Assembly (NCBI GenBank): GCA_964424335.1
Contig: CAYRIY010000001.1
Coordinates: forward strand, 60,340 to 123,869
Length of the DNA stretch: 63,530 bases
Source of the DNA: an uncultured Clostridia bacterium
GTDB lineage: Bacteria > Bacillota > Limnochordia > DTU080 > RSA5
Reading direction: 5' to 3'
The notes under the pieces: generated by a model
What the model saw: the letters and a program-made list of their open reading frames with translations, nothing else
Databases searched by the model: none
What the model was told of the DNA's origin: nothing
Shown here: piece after piece, positions 35,319-44,248 of the stretch
Layout of the letters: the number at the start of each line of letters is the position of its first letter
How positions within the stretch are numbered: the first letter of the stretch is position 1
Program-made: the position numbers and the translations under genes

Positions 35319-36653
35319 CTAGTGGCCCGACGCCTTGGCGATCGGATGCACTGAAGGGAGGATGCGGGGCTCACGACGGTGGACCTTGAGGTATCGCTCG
35401 AGGGCAGCGACCATCTCGGGGGTGAGAAAATGCTCGATGTCGTCAGCGTCTCGGTCGACGTGGTCCGCCTTGATGTCCGCCTCGTGCATCAGGTACATTT
35501 CCCAGAGGCGGTGCCGGTGCACGACGTTCCATGCTTCTTCGATTCCGTTTTGGGTCAGCGTGCAAATGGAATCTGATCCGCGCTCGTATATGCGAATCAA
35601 TCCCTTGCTCTGCAGGCGGCGCGCCATCCGCTTCAACTCGCCGACACTCTTGCCGGATTTAGCGACAATGGCCTCCATAGGGATTCCTTTGGAAAGCAGT
35701 CCGGTATCCGCAACGGACGGCTGATCGACGCTCAATTCATAGAGCTCATACACATTGCGGAGAAAGTTCTCCCGAGCGACTTTTCGCCGGAGCTTGAGGA
35801 AACGGTAACTCTTTGCCGCAAGGCCGCGCTCGGGTGCGCATATGAGCGACAGGACGAAAAGCGCGGTAGCGCTCAAGACCACCAGCGGCCCTGTCGGCAG
35901 CCGAACGCCCAGCGTGCTGAAGAACGTGCCCGAGGCGCCGCTCATGCCGCCGAAAACACCAGCGAGCAGGAGCATGATGCCGAGCCTCTCGGTCCAGTAA
36001 CGCGCAGCGATCGCCGGGATAATGAGCATCGCTGCCATGAGCACGACGCCAACCGCCTGCAGGCCGATGACGACCGCCATCACAAGCAACGTCATGAGCA
36101 GGCCGTCAATCGCCCTCATCGGCAAACCGATCCCATTGCCAAATCCGGGATCAAAGCAGAGCACCTTGAACTCCTTATAGAACAGGAGTACCGACGCGAT
36201 CATGATCAGTGCGACGGCGCCCATAACAACGACGTCTGAGCGTACGAGCGCGGCCGCTTGCCCAAAGAGAAAGTCGTCTAGGCCCGCTTGGTTTCCTGCT
36301 CCCATGTGTTGAATCATCGTCAGCAACACGATTCCAACGCCGAAAAAAACCGTCAAGACGACGCCGAGCGCGGTATCTTCTTTGAGTTTGGTCCATCTTG
36401 TGATGGCGTCGATGCTTCGAGTTGCCACGATCCCGACGAGCCCTGCGCCGACGAGGAGGGGGAGGATCTCCTTGCTGCCGGTCATCAAGAATGCGAGGCA
36501 TACGCCCGGAAGGGCCGCGTGCGCGAGGACGTCTCCAAGTAGACTTCTACCTCGAAGGAGCGCAAACGTCCCGATTACGCCTCCGCTCACGCCAAGGAGG
36601 AGCGAACCCGCGAATACCCACTGAAAGTTTGGATCGAGAAAAAGCTGCCACAT
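35319..36653 (-). CDS. mntC: Metal ABC transporter permease (ABC-3) fused to a C-terminal DtxR/MntR-like metalloregulator domain
   Basis: aa 1-~285 are a permease (DVLAHAALPGV). aa ~290-444 have wHTH-like and dimerisation/metal-site motifs: ...KGLIRIYERG...LTQNGIEEAWNVVHRHRLWEMYLMHEADI...DADDIEHFLTPEMV. Confidence 0.85.
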   Translation of the reverse strand: MWQLFLDPNFQWVFAGSLLLGVSGGVIGTFALLRGRSLLGDVLAHAALPGVCLAFLMTGSKEILPLLVGAGLVGIVATRSIDAITRWTKLKEDTALGVVLTVFFGVGIVLLTMIQHMGAGNQAGLDDFLFGQAAALVRSDVVVMGAVALIMIASVLLFYKEFKVLCFDPGFGNGIGLPMRAIDGLLMTLLVMAVVIGLQAVGVVLMAAMLIIPAIAARYWTERLGIMLLLAGVFGGMSGASGTFFSTLGVRLPTGPLVVLSATALFVLSLICAPERGLAAKSYRFLKLRRKVARENFLRNVYELYELSVDQPSVADTGLLSKGIPMEAIVAKSGKSVGELKRMARRLQSKGLIRIYERGSDSICTLTQNGIEEAWNVVHRHRLWEMYLMHEADIKADHVDRDADDIEHFLTPEMVAALERYLKVHRREPRILPSVHPIAKASGH

Positions 36654-36692
36654 TGCGCCTTGGCCTCCGGTCGCTATTGGACGAATTTCTGC

Positions 36693-37538
36693 TTATCGAG
36701 TTTCACTTGCCACCGTGTGCGCTGCATCCGCCAGTACGGTGAGCCTACCTCCGTACGCTTTTTGCAGGTTCTCCACGGTAAAGACTTCCCGGGTCGGCCC
36801 GACCGCGACCAATCTCATATTCAGTAGGAGCACCCAGTCAAAGTACTCAGAGACCGTCTGCAAGTCGTGGTGGACCACAATCACGGTCTTGCCATCCTTG
36901 CGCAGGTCGCTGAGGAGCTGCAAGATGGCCGATTCCGTAGCTGCATCGACACCTGCGAACGGTTCATCCATAAAGTAGACGTGTGCGTCCTGAGCGAGCG
37001 CCCGAGCAAGAAACACGCGCTGTTGCTGTCCGCCTGAGAGTTGACTGATCTGGCGATGCGCGAAGTCGGCCATTCCGACGCGCTCTAAACACTCCCACGC
37101 GATCTCTTTATCGCGCTTTCTTGGGCGTTTGACGAGCCCGAGATGCCCATAACGTCCCATGAGGACCACGTCAAACGCATTGGTGGGGAAATCCCAGTCA
37201 ACCGACTCGCGTTGGGGAACATACCCCACCATCTTGCGTTGGGCCCGGTACGGTTTGCCGTAGATCTTAACCCATCCCGAGGTGGGGGGGACGAGCCCGA
37301 GAATGCCTTTGAGCAGTGTCGACTTGCCCGCTCCGTTTGGCCCCACGATTCCGACGAGGAGGCCCTGCGGAAGTTTGAAATCGATTCCCCAGATGACAGG
37401 GCGCCTTCGATAGGCGACCGAAAAGTCATGCACCTCCACGGCAGGTGGCGAGTTTGCGCCGGATATTCCGATTACGCCGTTTTGGGCGCTGACATCGGCG
37501 ACGTGATCAGCGCCGGATCGTACAGCTTGACTTGCCAT
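36693..37538 (-). CDS. mntB: Metal ABC transporter ATP-binding protein
   Basis: [28 protein letters not shown] and [15 protein letters not shown] at 37538 with GAGGAGG upstream; the track start at 37745 overlaps mntA. Confidence 0.9.
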   Translation of the reverse strand: MASQAVRSGADHVADVSAQNGVIGISGANSPPAVEVHDFSVAYRRRPVIWGIDFKLPQGLLVGIVGPNGAGKSTLLKGILGLVPPTSGWVKIYGKPYRAQRKMVGYVPQRESVDWDFPTNAFDVVLMGRYGHLGLVKRPRKRDKEIAWECLERVGMADFAHRQISQLSGGQQQRVFLARALAQDAHVYFMDEPFAGVDAATESAILQLLSDLRKDGKTVIVVHHDLQTVSEYFDWVLLLNMRLVAVGPTREVFTVENLQKAYGGRLTVLADAAHTVASETR

Positions 37539-37668
37539 CGTGGTGTGGCCTCCTCGAGAGTGTTGTTGACTCAAAGTAGCGTCATTGTCGAGAATTGCAT
37601 CGAGCATCGGCAATTGCGTCGAGCATCGAAAAATTGTTGCCTTGGAGATTCGATCCGTCTCTAACGAT

Positions 37669-38658
37669 TCATCTGAGGGCAGAGACGATCGTATCCACGT
37701 TGTGGCGAAACATGCCGATGTACGTTCCTTCGGGCGTGCCCGCATTGCCCAGGGCGTCGGAGAACAGTTCGCCGCCGACCTTTACTGAGTGACCCTGCCG
37801 GAGCGCGCCTTCAACCACAGCCTCGATGGATCGCCGCGGGACGCTCGACTCGATAAAGACAGCTTTGATGCCTCGTTCGACGATGAAGCTGACGAGTTGT
37901 TGAATGTCTCGCAGTCCAACCTCGGTGTCCGTGCTGATCCCTTGAAGCCCGACGACCTCGATCCCGTACGCTCGACCAAAGTATCCGAAGGCGTCGTGCG
38001 CTGTGATCAATACTCGACTCTCAGGAGGAATCTGGGCGATTTGCTCTTTGGCGTACTGATGAAGGTCGTCGAGGAGCGCGAGGTAGGCATCGGCGTTTGC
38101 TCTGTAATCCTCTTCGTGAATCGGATCGACTTCAATAAGCGCGTCTTGGATCCGCAATACCGCCATTTTCCACATCGAGACATCGAACCAAACGTGAGGA
38201 TCATAAAGACCGCCAAAGGCATCAGGTTCGGTAAGGTCATCTTCCGGAATGTACTCCGTTACGGCGACGGTCGGCTTGGTGCGGGCCATGCGGACCAATA
38301 CGTCGGCCATTCGGCCCTCGAGGCTAAGTCCGTTGTAAAAGATCAAGTCAGCGTTTGCGAGCGTTCGAACATCACCTTGAGACGCCCGATAGAGGTGTGG
38401 GTCGACGCCGGGGCCCATCAATCCAGTGACCTGGGCGTGGCTTCCGGCTACGTTTCGAGCAGCATCTGCGATCATGCCGGTAGTGGCGACGACATTGAGT
38501 CGGTTCGCGCCATGCGCCAAGTCGATGAACGGGCCAAACCAGGCAATGGCAAGCATTATCAGAAAAAACGGCAGCGTGACATTGATCGGCGCGTTGCGAC
38601 GCCATTTCGGTCTCGTGATATGGTCTTGATTAGCACTCTTTAACGTCGATTCTGTCAT
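37669..38658 (-). CDS. mntA: Metal ABC transporter substrate-binding protein (PsaA/MntA/ZnuA family)
   Basis: Cluster-9 SBP pattern ([16 protein letters not shown]...DPHLY...DPHVWFD...[10 protein letters not shown]...). N-terminal TM anchor without a lipobox Cys. Confidence 0.9.
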   Translation of the reverse strand: MTESTLKSANQDHITRPKWRRNAPINVTLPFFLIMLAIAWFGPFIDLAHGANRLNVVATTGMIADAARNVAGSHAQVTGLMGPGVDPHLYRASQGDVRTLANADLIFYNGLSLEGRMADVLVRMARTKPTVAVTEYIPEDDLTEPDAFGGLYDPHVWFDVSMWKMAVLRIQDALIEVDPIHEEDYRANADAYLALLDDLHQYAKEQIAQIPPESRVLITAHDAFGYFGRAYGIEVVGLQGISTDTEVGLRDIQQLVSFIVERGIKAVFIESSVPRRSIEAVVEGALRQGHSVKVGGELFSDALGNAGTPEGTYIGMFRHNVDTIVSALR

Positions 38659-38729
38659 GATTGCTTTCAGAGCCTCCTAGGGGTGGAATTTGATCACGTC
38701 TTGATGCTCCATGCAATGTCGGGTGTCCC

Positions 38730-38751
38730 AAAGTTGTATCGATACAACTTT
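38730..38751. promoter_or_regulatory. 22-bp perfect palindrome, candidate operator of the mnt operon
   Basis: AAAGTTGTATCGATACAACTTT, 72 nt upstream of the mntA start. Core GTTGTA-N4-TACAAC. Confidence 0.45.
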
Positions 38752-38967
38752 TTGGCCTAAGAGGACACGGACCTTTGGTCCGTGCTCGTAAGGAGAATGC
38801 ACATCTTGATCGGCGCTTAGCGCCCCAATTCGGGTGGAATCGCCCAAGACCTCATCATGACCGGGTCATGATCCGTCATGGAGGAAGGTCTCTAGGCGGT
38901 TTCGGCAGTCCCAAGTTCAAAGGACCAACCGGACTTCGCACCACGAAAGTTACGGCCGTCACAAATT

Positions 38968-38983
38968 GTTGTACCCATACAAC
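38968..38983. promoter_or_regulatory. Second GTTGTA-N4-TACAAC inverted repeat
   Basis: GTTGTACCCATACAAC, 235 bp from the first copy in the same 627-bp intergenic region. Confidence 0.35.
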
Positions 38984-39033
38984 TCTGATGGTCTTAGTAT
39001 ACGAATCGCATTTACCGGCGTCAATACCCACTT

Positions 39034-39060
39034 AAGAAAAAAGTTTGCAGCGGCTGCAAA
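39034..39060 (-). terminator. Orphan rho-independent terminator (minus-strand orientation)
   Basis: Minus strand: TTTGCAG-CCG-CTGCAAA followed by CTTTTTTCTT. No annotated minus-strand gene lies upstream of it. Confidence 0.4.
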
Positions 39061-39286
39061 GCCTCAAGAGATCGAGTGCGCCGCCTTGAGTTCCAGCCAT
39101 TCTATCCCGGTCAGGCGTAGGATGTGCCGCCGCGCCGTCCAAAAATGCGATCCACCAACCACAAATGTGACTTACCAAATAACTGAACCGTGGAGGAACC
39201 AGAGCTGCAGGAGATCAACCTAGTAGCGGGGAACGCTTAAACCGGAATAACAAATTCACGATAATGTTGATTTCCGTGAATTTTGG

Positions 39287-40366
39287 ATGGAGGCGGCCGC
39301 ACTGAACGCGACTTCGTTTAACATAGGCTGCGACTACTTTTTGGCCTCGCTCACAGGTCGTTCGGAACGAACCAAGGTGGCGTACGACAAGGACTTGCTA
39401 CAATTTAAGCTGTACCTCGTCTTGTTTCGGGGTCACCTGATCACCTCCGGAGATCGAGCCCTTATTCCTAAGCTCGAGGAGCACCTCGAGAAGGCAAACG
39501 GCAAGCTGGTCGACACACGCTTTTCGACCAGGCGCCACCGACAAGAGTCCCAATCAAGAACGATCCTCGATCAATTTGACGTGGCGCTGGACGAGATTCG
39601 CAAGGAAGACATCGTCGGCTACTTTGGTTATTTGGAGTCTGGCAAAGGTCTCACGCGAAGTACGCTCCTTCGCCGACTGGCATCGTTACGCCGGTTCTTT
39701 TCGCTTTTGTCCAAGGAAGGCTATCCGATCGCCCCGGAGGTCGTCGAAAAACTCGACGATATGGAGATCCGGCGCGATCGGCGTCTTCCAATCGCACTTG
39801 ATCGCGATGAAGCGTTGGCGTTCCTCGACGTCATCGACAACCCGCGAGATCGTGCCATGGTCCTGGTGATGCTCTTTATGGGCCTGAGGATTTCTGAGGT
39901 GGTCCAACTCAACGTGGACGACATCGGACGGCATACCGATGGCATCACGTTTGTTGGCAAAGGAGGCAAGGAACGATATGTACCCGTGCATCCCGTGGTC
40001 CGAGACGCGATCGCAGACTACAAACTCGTACGGCCTGAAGTGATGAGCGATTCCGAGGGCGAACCTTTGTTCGTCAGTCAGCATCGCCGACGAATCGACC
40101 CCTCCACCGTCCGCCGTTTCATCAAGCGTTACGCTGAAAAAGTGGAACAAATGGAGAGTCGCAAACGGCAAAAGTTGAGCCCTCACAAGCTGCGACACAC
40201 ATTTGCCACCCTCCTGCTGCAAGGTGACGTCGACATCCGTCACATTCAGGAACTGCTTGGTCATGAAAACCTGTCGACGACAGAGATTTACACGAGCGTC
40301 CATAAAAGAGATCTCGAGCGAGCCATCGATCGCCACCCATTGGACATGGTGACCGGTCGAGAATGA
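39287..40366 (+). CDS. Tyrosine recombinase, XerC/XerD/phage-integrase family
   Basis: N-terminal SAM-like domain (YFLASLTGRSERTKVAYDKDL). Catalytic RHRY elements: GLRISEV, HKLRHTFAT, LLGHENLSTTEIY. Confidence 0.9.
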   Translation: MEAAALNATSFNIGCDYFLASLTGRSERTKVAYDKDLLQFKLYLVLFRGHLITSGDRALIPKLEEHLEKANGKLVDTRFSTRRHRQESQSRTILDQFDVALDEIRKEDIVGYFGYLESGKGLTRSTLLRRLASLRRFFSLLSKEGYPIAPEVVEKLDDMEIRRDRRLPIALDRDEALAFLDVIDNPRDRAMVLVMLFMGLRISEVVQLNVDDIGRHTDGITFVGKGGKERYVPVHPVVRDAIADYKLVRPEVMSDSEGEPLFVSQHRRRIDPSTVRRFIKRYAEKVEQMESRKRQKLSPHKLRHTFATLLLQGDVDIRHIQELLGHENLSTTEIYTSVHKRDLERAIDRHPLDMVTGRE

Positions 40367-40408
40367 TAAAAACAAGGGCGACACCGCGAATCGGCGTCGC
40401 CCTCCCCT

Positions 40409-40882
40409 CTATTTAGGCATCGCGGGAACGATCAGCACTTGTCCCGGATACACTGTCGCATCGCTCAGCCCGTTGTTTCGTCTGATCCAGTCGACCGTCT
40501 CTCGAACATCGATTCCCGTGGGCCCATGCTCCCGTGCGATGCCCCAAAGCGTATCTCCCGAGCGTACAACGATCTCCCGGGAGTCGAACCGACCATCGCT
40601 CTGAGAAGTCAGCCACGCCGACACGCCCTCCGCATGACTCGCGGCGACGTTAACTCCGACATATCCCAACCAAAGTAGTGCGGCCGCAACGGCGCCCACC
40701 ACAACGTAGCGCGCAACGGCAGCGATCTCCCGCATACTAATGCTTTGCGAACGTTCGTTCGCAATATTTGGCGCCGCGATCGCGCGCAGGCTCGTGCTGC
40801 GGTCGTAAGTATCGCGGCGCGTCATCATGTGACGGCGTTGATTGCGGGCCTTCTGCAGATCGAGCACGACGTTGCTTGCCAT
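40409..40882 (-). CDS. LysM-domain membrane protein, YneA-like SOS cell-division inhibitor candidate
   Basis: Cytoplasmic N-terminus, one TM (VVVGAVAAALLWLGYVGV), C-terminal LysM (VVRSGDTLWGIAREH...VYPGQVLIVP). Divergent from lexA, with two Cheo boxes upstream. Confidence 0.75.
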   Translation of the reverse strand: MASNVVLDLQKARNQRRHMMTRRDTYDRSTSLRAIAAPNIANERSQSISMREIAAVARYVVVGAVAAALLWLGYVGVNVAASHAEGVSAWLTSQSDGRFDSREIVVRSGDTLWGIAREHGPTGIDVRETVDWIRRNNGLSDATVYPGQVLIVPAMPK

Positions 40883-40942
40883 CCAAAACTACCTCCAGTT
40901 TAGGACGTTTCGTTCCGGGGTGTCGCAAACATCCCGCGCCCG

Positions 40943-40956
40943 GGAACGTGTGTTCG
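40943..40956. promoter_or_regulatory. LexA (Cheo) box
   Basis: GGAACGTGTGTTCG matches GAAC-N4-GTTC. Confidence 0.75.
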
Positions 40957-40979
40957 GTTTGCGTGAGTACACAGTAACA

Positions 40980-40993
40980 CGAACGTGTGTTCG
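40980..40993. promoter_or_regulatory. LexA (Cheo) box, perfect
   Basis: CGAACGTGTGTTCG matches CGAAC-N4-GTTCG. Confidence 0.8.
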
Positions 40994-41321
40994 TCGTCAA
41001 GTGTTTTCGCGCATTTTTTGACTCCCACATCTTCACCCGCACCGTTACCCGCATCAAAGTGGCGCCTAATGATGCCTGCAGAGGCAGATTCCACGAGTCG
41101 CCCACTGATCGCCCGACCGTGGCATCCTAATCCGGGCCGTGAACGAATGAAGGTTCGAAGCAAGCCTTCGGTGCTGGCCCTATTCAAGCGGTACTTAGAG
41201 AATAAAAACCAATCGGGTTGTCGAAGGATGTGGCGAACGGAATTGACGAGCGGGCGCAGCCGGTCGCCAAGTGTCTGATCTTGCGGCCTTGCTGTTTTCG
41301 GGGAATGTGTTTGGTCCAATG

Positions 41322-41335
41322 CGAACTTATGTTTG
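41322..41335. promoter_or_regulatory. LexA box (imperfect) in the lexA promoter
   Basis: CGAACTTATGTTTG overlaps a -35-like TTTGCG. Confidence 0.6.
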
Positions 41336-41343
41336 CGTCAGAC

Positions 41344-41357
41344 CGAACATATGTGTT
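41344..41357. promoter_or_regulatory. LexA box (imperfect) in the lexA promoter
   Basis: CGAACATATGTGTT lies immediately upstream of a -10-like TATGAT. Confidence 0.5.
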
Positions 41358-41411
41358 ATGATACTCACAACGTGGGTTTGCAAAGTTTGGCATGTGAGGG
41401 AGTGCGGTGGG

Positions 41412-42020
41412 TTGGACGGATTGACGCCCCGACAAAAGGAGATATTGGGCTACATAAAGCGCGAAGTGTTACAGCGTGGGTATCCCCCGTCGGTTCGGGA
41501 GATCGGACAGGCAGTCGGACTCAATTCAAGCTCGACGGTGCATGGCCACCTTGGCCGGCTCGAGGAGAAGGGTTATATCCGTCGAGATCCCACAAAGCCA
41601 AGGGCGATCGAATTGGTCAACGATCCCGACGTCATACGTAAGGACATCATCAACGTTCCGATCGTTGGTCGGGTCACCGCCGGTGAGCCCATTCTGGCCG
41701 TAGAGAACATCGAAGACTTCTTTCCGATGCCGAAGGATTTTGCAAACTATGAGGACGTGTTCATGCTTCGGGTTCGCGGGGACAGCATGATCAACGCAGG
41801 CATCTTGGACGGAGACTTCGTCGTAGTACGTCAGCAGGCGCACGCGGATAACGGTGACATCGTCGTCGCGCTAATCGACGACGAGGCTACGGTGAAGCGC
41901 TTTTACAGCGAGGCAGATCATGTGCGGCTACAACCCGAAAATCCAACGATGTCTCCGATAAGGGTTGTAGAAGTCCAGATTCTCGGCAAAGTGGTTGGTG
42001 TGTTCCGAAAGGTTCGGTGA
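41412..42020 (+). CDS. lexA: LexA repressor
   Basis: [13 protein letters not shown]...[10 protein letters not shown], cleavage-site region [13 protein letters not shown]24 peptidase motifs GDSM and [17 protein letters not shown] at 41412 with GAGGGAG 9 nt upstream. The track start at 41271 would bury the LexA boxes inside the CDS. Confidence 0.9.
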   Translation: MDGLTPRQKEILGYIKREVLQRGYPPSVREIGQAVGLNSSSTVHGHLGRLEEKGYIRRDPTKPRAIELVNDPDVIRKDIINVPIVGRVTAGEPILAVENIEDFFPMPKDFANYEDVFMLRVRGDSMINAGILDGDFVVVRQQAHADNGDIVVALIDDEATVKRFYSEADHVRLQPENPTMSPIRVVEVQILGKVVGVFRKVR

Positions 42021-42101
42021 AACCCGATTTCGGCCATGCGTGTGTAGGGGCTAGTACGCACGCGGTTTCGCTTGCGCAGCGCAAACTGGATTGGGCGGCG
42101 G

Positions 42102-42422
42102 CTATGGTGAAATGAGCCGCCCACCCTTGGCGTCGCACCGGATCAGGCGGTATCGCGCATCCATTTCGAGTCGGAGATCGATGCGGTTGAAGCATTTCGT
42201 TCCGACGACGGTCTTTTGCACGAAAAATTCGAAAGGGTCGTCCTCTGTGCCCCTCGGTATGTCGCTCGATTTTCGTAGCCGTACCTCGATACGTTCACCA
42301 CATCGATCGCATTCAACCGATGCGACGATTGCGTCGCCGACATCTTTTAAAGCCCCACTCTCGCCCTTCGCCTTGGGGGCCCCTCCGCCCAGCAGTCCCT
42401 TCGTAAGTTTCTTTAGCCACAC
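42102..42422 (-). CDS. Hypothetical small protein with a CxxC...C motif
   Basis: GTG at 42422 preceded by GGAGG (9-nt spacing) gives MWLKKLTKGLLGGG...VECDRCGERIEVRL...GTKCFNRIDL.... No family recognised. Confidence 0.5.
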   Translation of the reverse strand: MWLKKLTKGLLGGGAPKAKGESGALKDVGDAIVASVECDRCGERIEVRLRKSSDIPRGTEDDPFEFFVQKTVVGTKCFNRIDLRLEMDARYRLIRCDAKGGRLISP

Positions 42423-42762
42423 ATCAATTGACCTCCAAGCCCGACCGTGACTCCTCGAGAAAAATCCGAGCGACACCTACGACTCCTTGATGAGCCGCAC
42501 GTTTCCCACCGGGCCTCATCGCGCCAGGCACTCATACCACCGGACATGATGACACGCCAACGGCAACGGGACGGCCGCAAGTTGCTCCAAAAGCACAGTT
42601 CAAGGAGATGCGCTCTTTGACCTGCCCTGGTTCATCCCGAAGTGGAGATTGAGGCCGCTCCAATCGTTAGCGTTCATTTGCTGATGAATCGGAGCGGCCG
42701 TTTTGCGACGAAACTCGATGCCTGGTGGACGACGTCGATGCCTGGCGATGGTAAAGAAGCGG

Positions 42763-43218
42763 CTAGCTAGATGGTAGAGAGGCGTCGAGTTTGATGGAGA
42801 GCCTCGCCTTTGCCTTGTCGTCTCGAGCGCTTCTTGCCCCGATGTGATTGTCCGGCCGAACGCGGCGCCTAGCGTTTTTTAGGTGAGCGCGTTTCATCGG
42901 GGAAACGCCAAGTATGGAAAAGAACATCTCAAACGCACGCTCCTGCCCGGAGATGACCGGATCGGGGCGTTGATCCTCGCCGTGGGAATGAAAAAGGGGT
43001 AGCGCAGCATACGATCGGCTTGCTCGCCGATACGCCGCTTCTACCCCGTTCTCGTGTACATCTTTTGTGAGCAAGAGGTATATCTGCCGTCTTGCCTCCG
43101 CCTGTGCCGTCCAATACGGCGGGTCTTCAGCTTTGGCGCCGGCCAAGAAGTCTTGCTTGGCCAGGCGCATGGATTTCTTGAGCGCCTTTAGAACGTCGTC
43201 CTGACTGATCGAAAACAT
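42763..43218 (-). CDS. Hypothetical protein (151 aa)
   Basis: Clean ORF with a protein-like, helical composition (MFSISQDDVLKALKKSMRLAKQDFLAG...). No family recognised. Confidence 0.5.
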   Translation of the reverse strand: MFSISQDDVLKALKKSMRLAKQDFLAGAKAEDPPYWTAQAEARRQIYLLLTKDVHENGVEAAYRRASRSYAALPLFHSHGEDQRPDPVISGQERAFEMFFSILGVSPMKRAHLKNARRRVRPDNHIGARSARDDKAKARLSIKLDASLPSS

Positions 43219-43304
43219 GCGACATACCCCTTTCGAGTTGGGACGTCGACACCTTCAGAAAGACACGTTCGGAACCTGGTCTCGCTTTTTCGTCGATTCT
43301 CTCG

Positions 43305-43577
43305 TTAGATTCTCCTTTCGTCGGTGATCTCGGTCACGAGGTTTTGCGTCAGGCTTCCGATCCGAATTTGGCGAACGCGTTTTTGCCGCCCCAAAGGATC
43401 ACGGTAGACGCCAATCTCCTCGGCGGATCCAAGAATGCAGTGGTCGAGCGCTTCCCTGGTCAATAGTTCGTCTGTGTTGCGTGCAATGGCTATTCGCTTC
43501 GATTTTACCGATCTTCGAGCCGATCTCAAGTGATTTCTATCGCTCCAAACGAGTCGGAGTCGCTTCTCGCTCCCCAT
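43305..43577 (-). CDS. Hypothetical protein (90 aa)
   Basis: ORF only. Basic N-terminus. No family recognised. Confidence 0.35.
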   Translation of the reverse strand: MGSEKRLRLVWSDRNHLRSARRSVKSKRIAIARNTDELLTREALDHCILGSAEEIGVYRDPLGRQKRVRQIRIGSLTQNLVTEITDERRI

Positions 43578-43670
43578 TCCCCAACCCCTTTAGAGATCCA
43601 AAGTTCCTCCCTAGCATACGTCCTTTCGGGCTCACCAATTCACGAGAGAGAGCCTAAATCTCCCCTTCAT

Positions 43671-43940
43671 TCACTGAGATCGATCCGCCGTCGTCTGATA
43701 CACGGTCACTTGGATTCCGTCGGGATGCTTGCTCATGCCAAAGGTGAACCCTTTCTCCTTGAGCGTTTGGTTGAGAAACGTGACGAGCTTGTACACGTCT
43801 CCCTCGATCCCAAACGCTCCCGAGGCCAGCACTTGAAGTCCCTCTGTAGCATTACGTTCCATCGACGAATCGGCCTTCCCTTCGGTAGCGTTTATAAACT
43901 GCAGACGGACAGACGCACTGTACATACCGGCGTCCGGCAT
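43671..43940 (-). CDS. YpmA-like (DUF4264-like) small protein
   Basis: C-terminal ...GDVYKLVTFLNQTLKEKGFTFGMSKHPDGIQVTVYQT resembles B. subtilis YpmA as I remember it. ATG at 43940 with GGAAGGA upstream. Confidence 0.5.
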   Translation of the reverse strand: MPDAGMYSASVRLQFINATEGKADSSMERNATEGLQVLASGAFGIEGDVYKLVTFLNQTLKEKGFTFGMSKHPDGIQVTVYQTTADRSQ

Positions 43941-43953
43941 CCTGTTCCTTCCG

Positions 43954-44163
43954 TTATCTGAGTGCAACCATGACTTCAGCAAGGAGATGGATCAAGACGG
44001 AGAAGCCGAACACGGCCATCGCCCCGAATCCGCCTCGCGCATACAGCCGGACGAGCAGGGCGCGCTCGGACCGTTCATCTTCGCGGGCGATGCTTGCGGC
44101 GCTTGTAAGGAGTGCCAGGGACGCAAGTCCCGAAATGATGGCGAGCAGGCTTCCCCAACCCAA
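43954..44163 (-). CDS. Small two-TM membrane protein
   Basis: 69 aa with two hydrophobic helices separated by REDERSERALLVRLYARG. Confidence 0.4.
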   Translation of the reverse strand: MGWGSLLAIISGLASLALLTSAASIAREDERSERALLVRLYARGGFGAMAVFGFSVLIHLLAEVMVALR

Positions 44164-44248
44164 TCTGCGATCCCCTTTCGGTTAGGGTTCCTGCTATGTT
44201 ATTCGCCTCGGGGTTTGTGGGTGTTAGGCGTCCCTTGGGTCTGTGCGC

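Noticed and set aside
38775-39223. Track ORFs 38775-39035 and 38966-39223 in the mntA/recombinase intergenic region.
   Set aside because: Non-protein-like sequences, TTG starts without RBS, and they span palindromes and hairpins. The region is treated as regulatory or non-coding.
33725-40366. Possible tRNA-Trp-associated genomic island bounded by the tyrosine recombinase.
   Set aside because: The recombinase lies on the 5' side of the tRNA, 5.5 kb away. The intervening genes are a housekeeping mnt operon. I saw no direct repeat of the tRNA 3' end.
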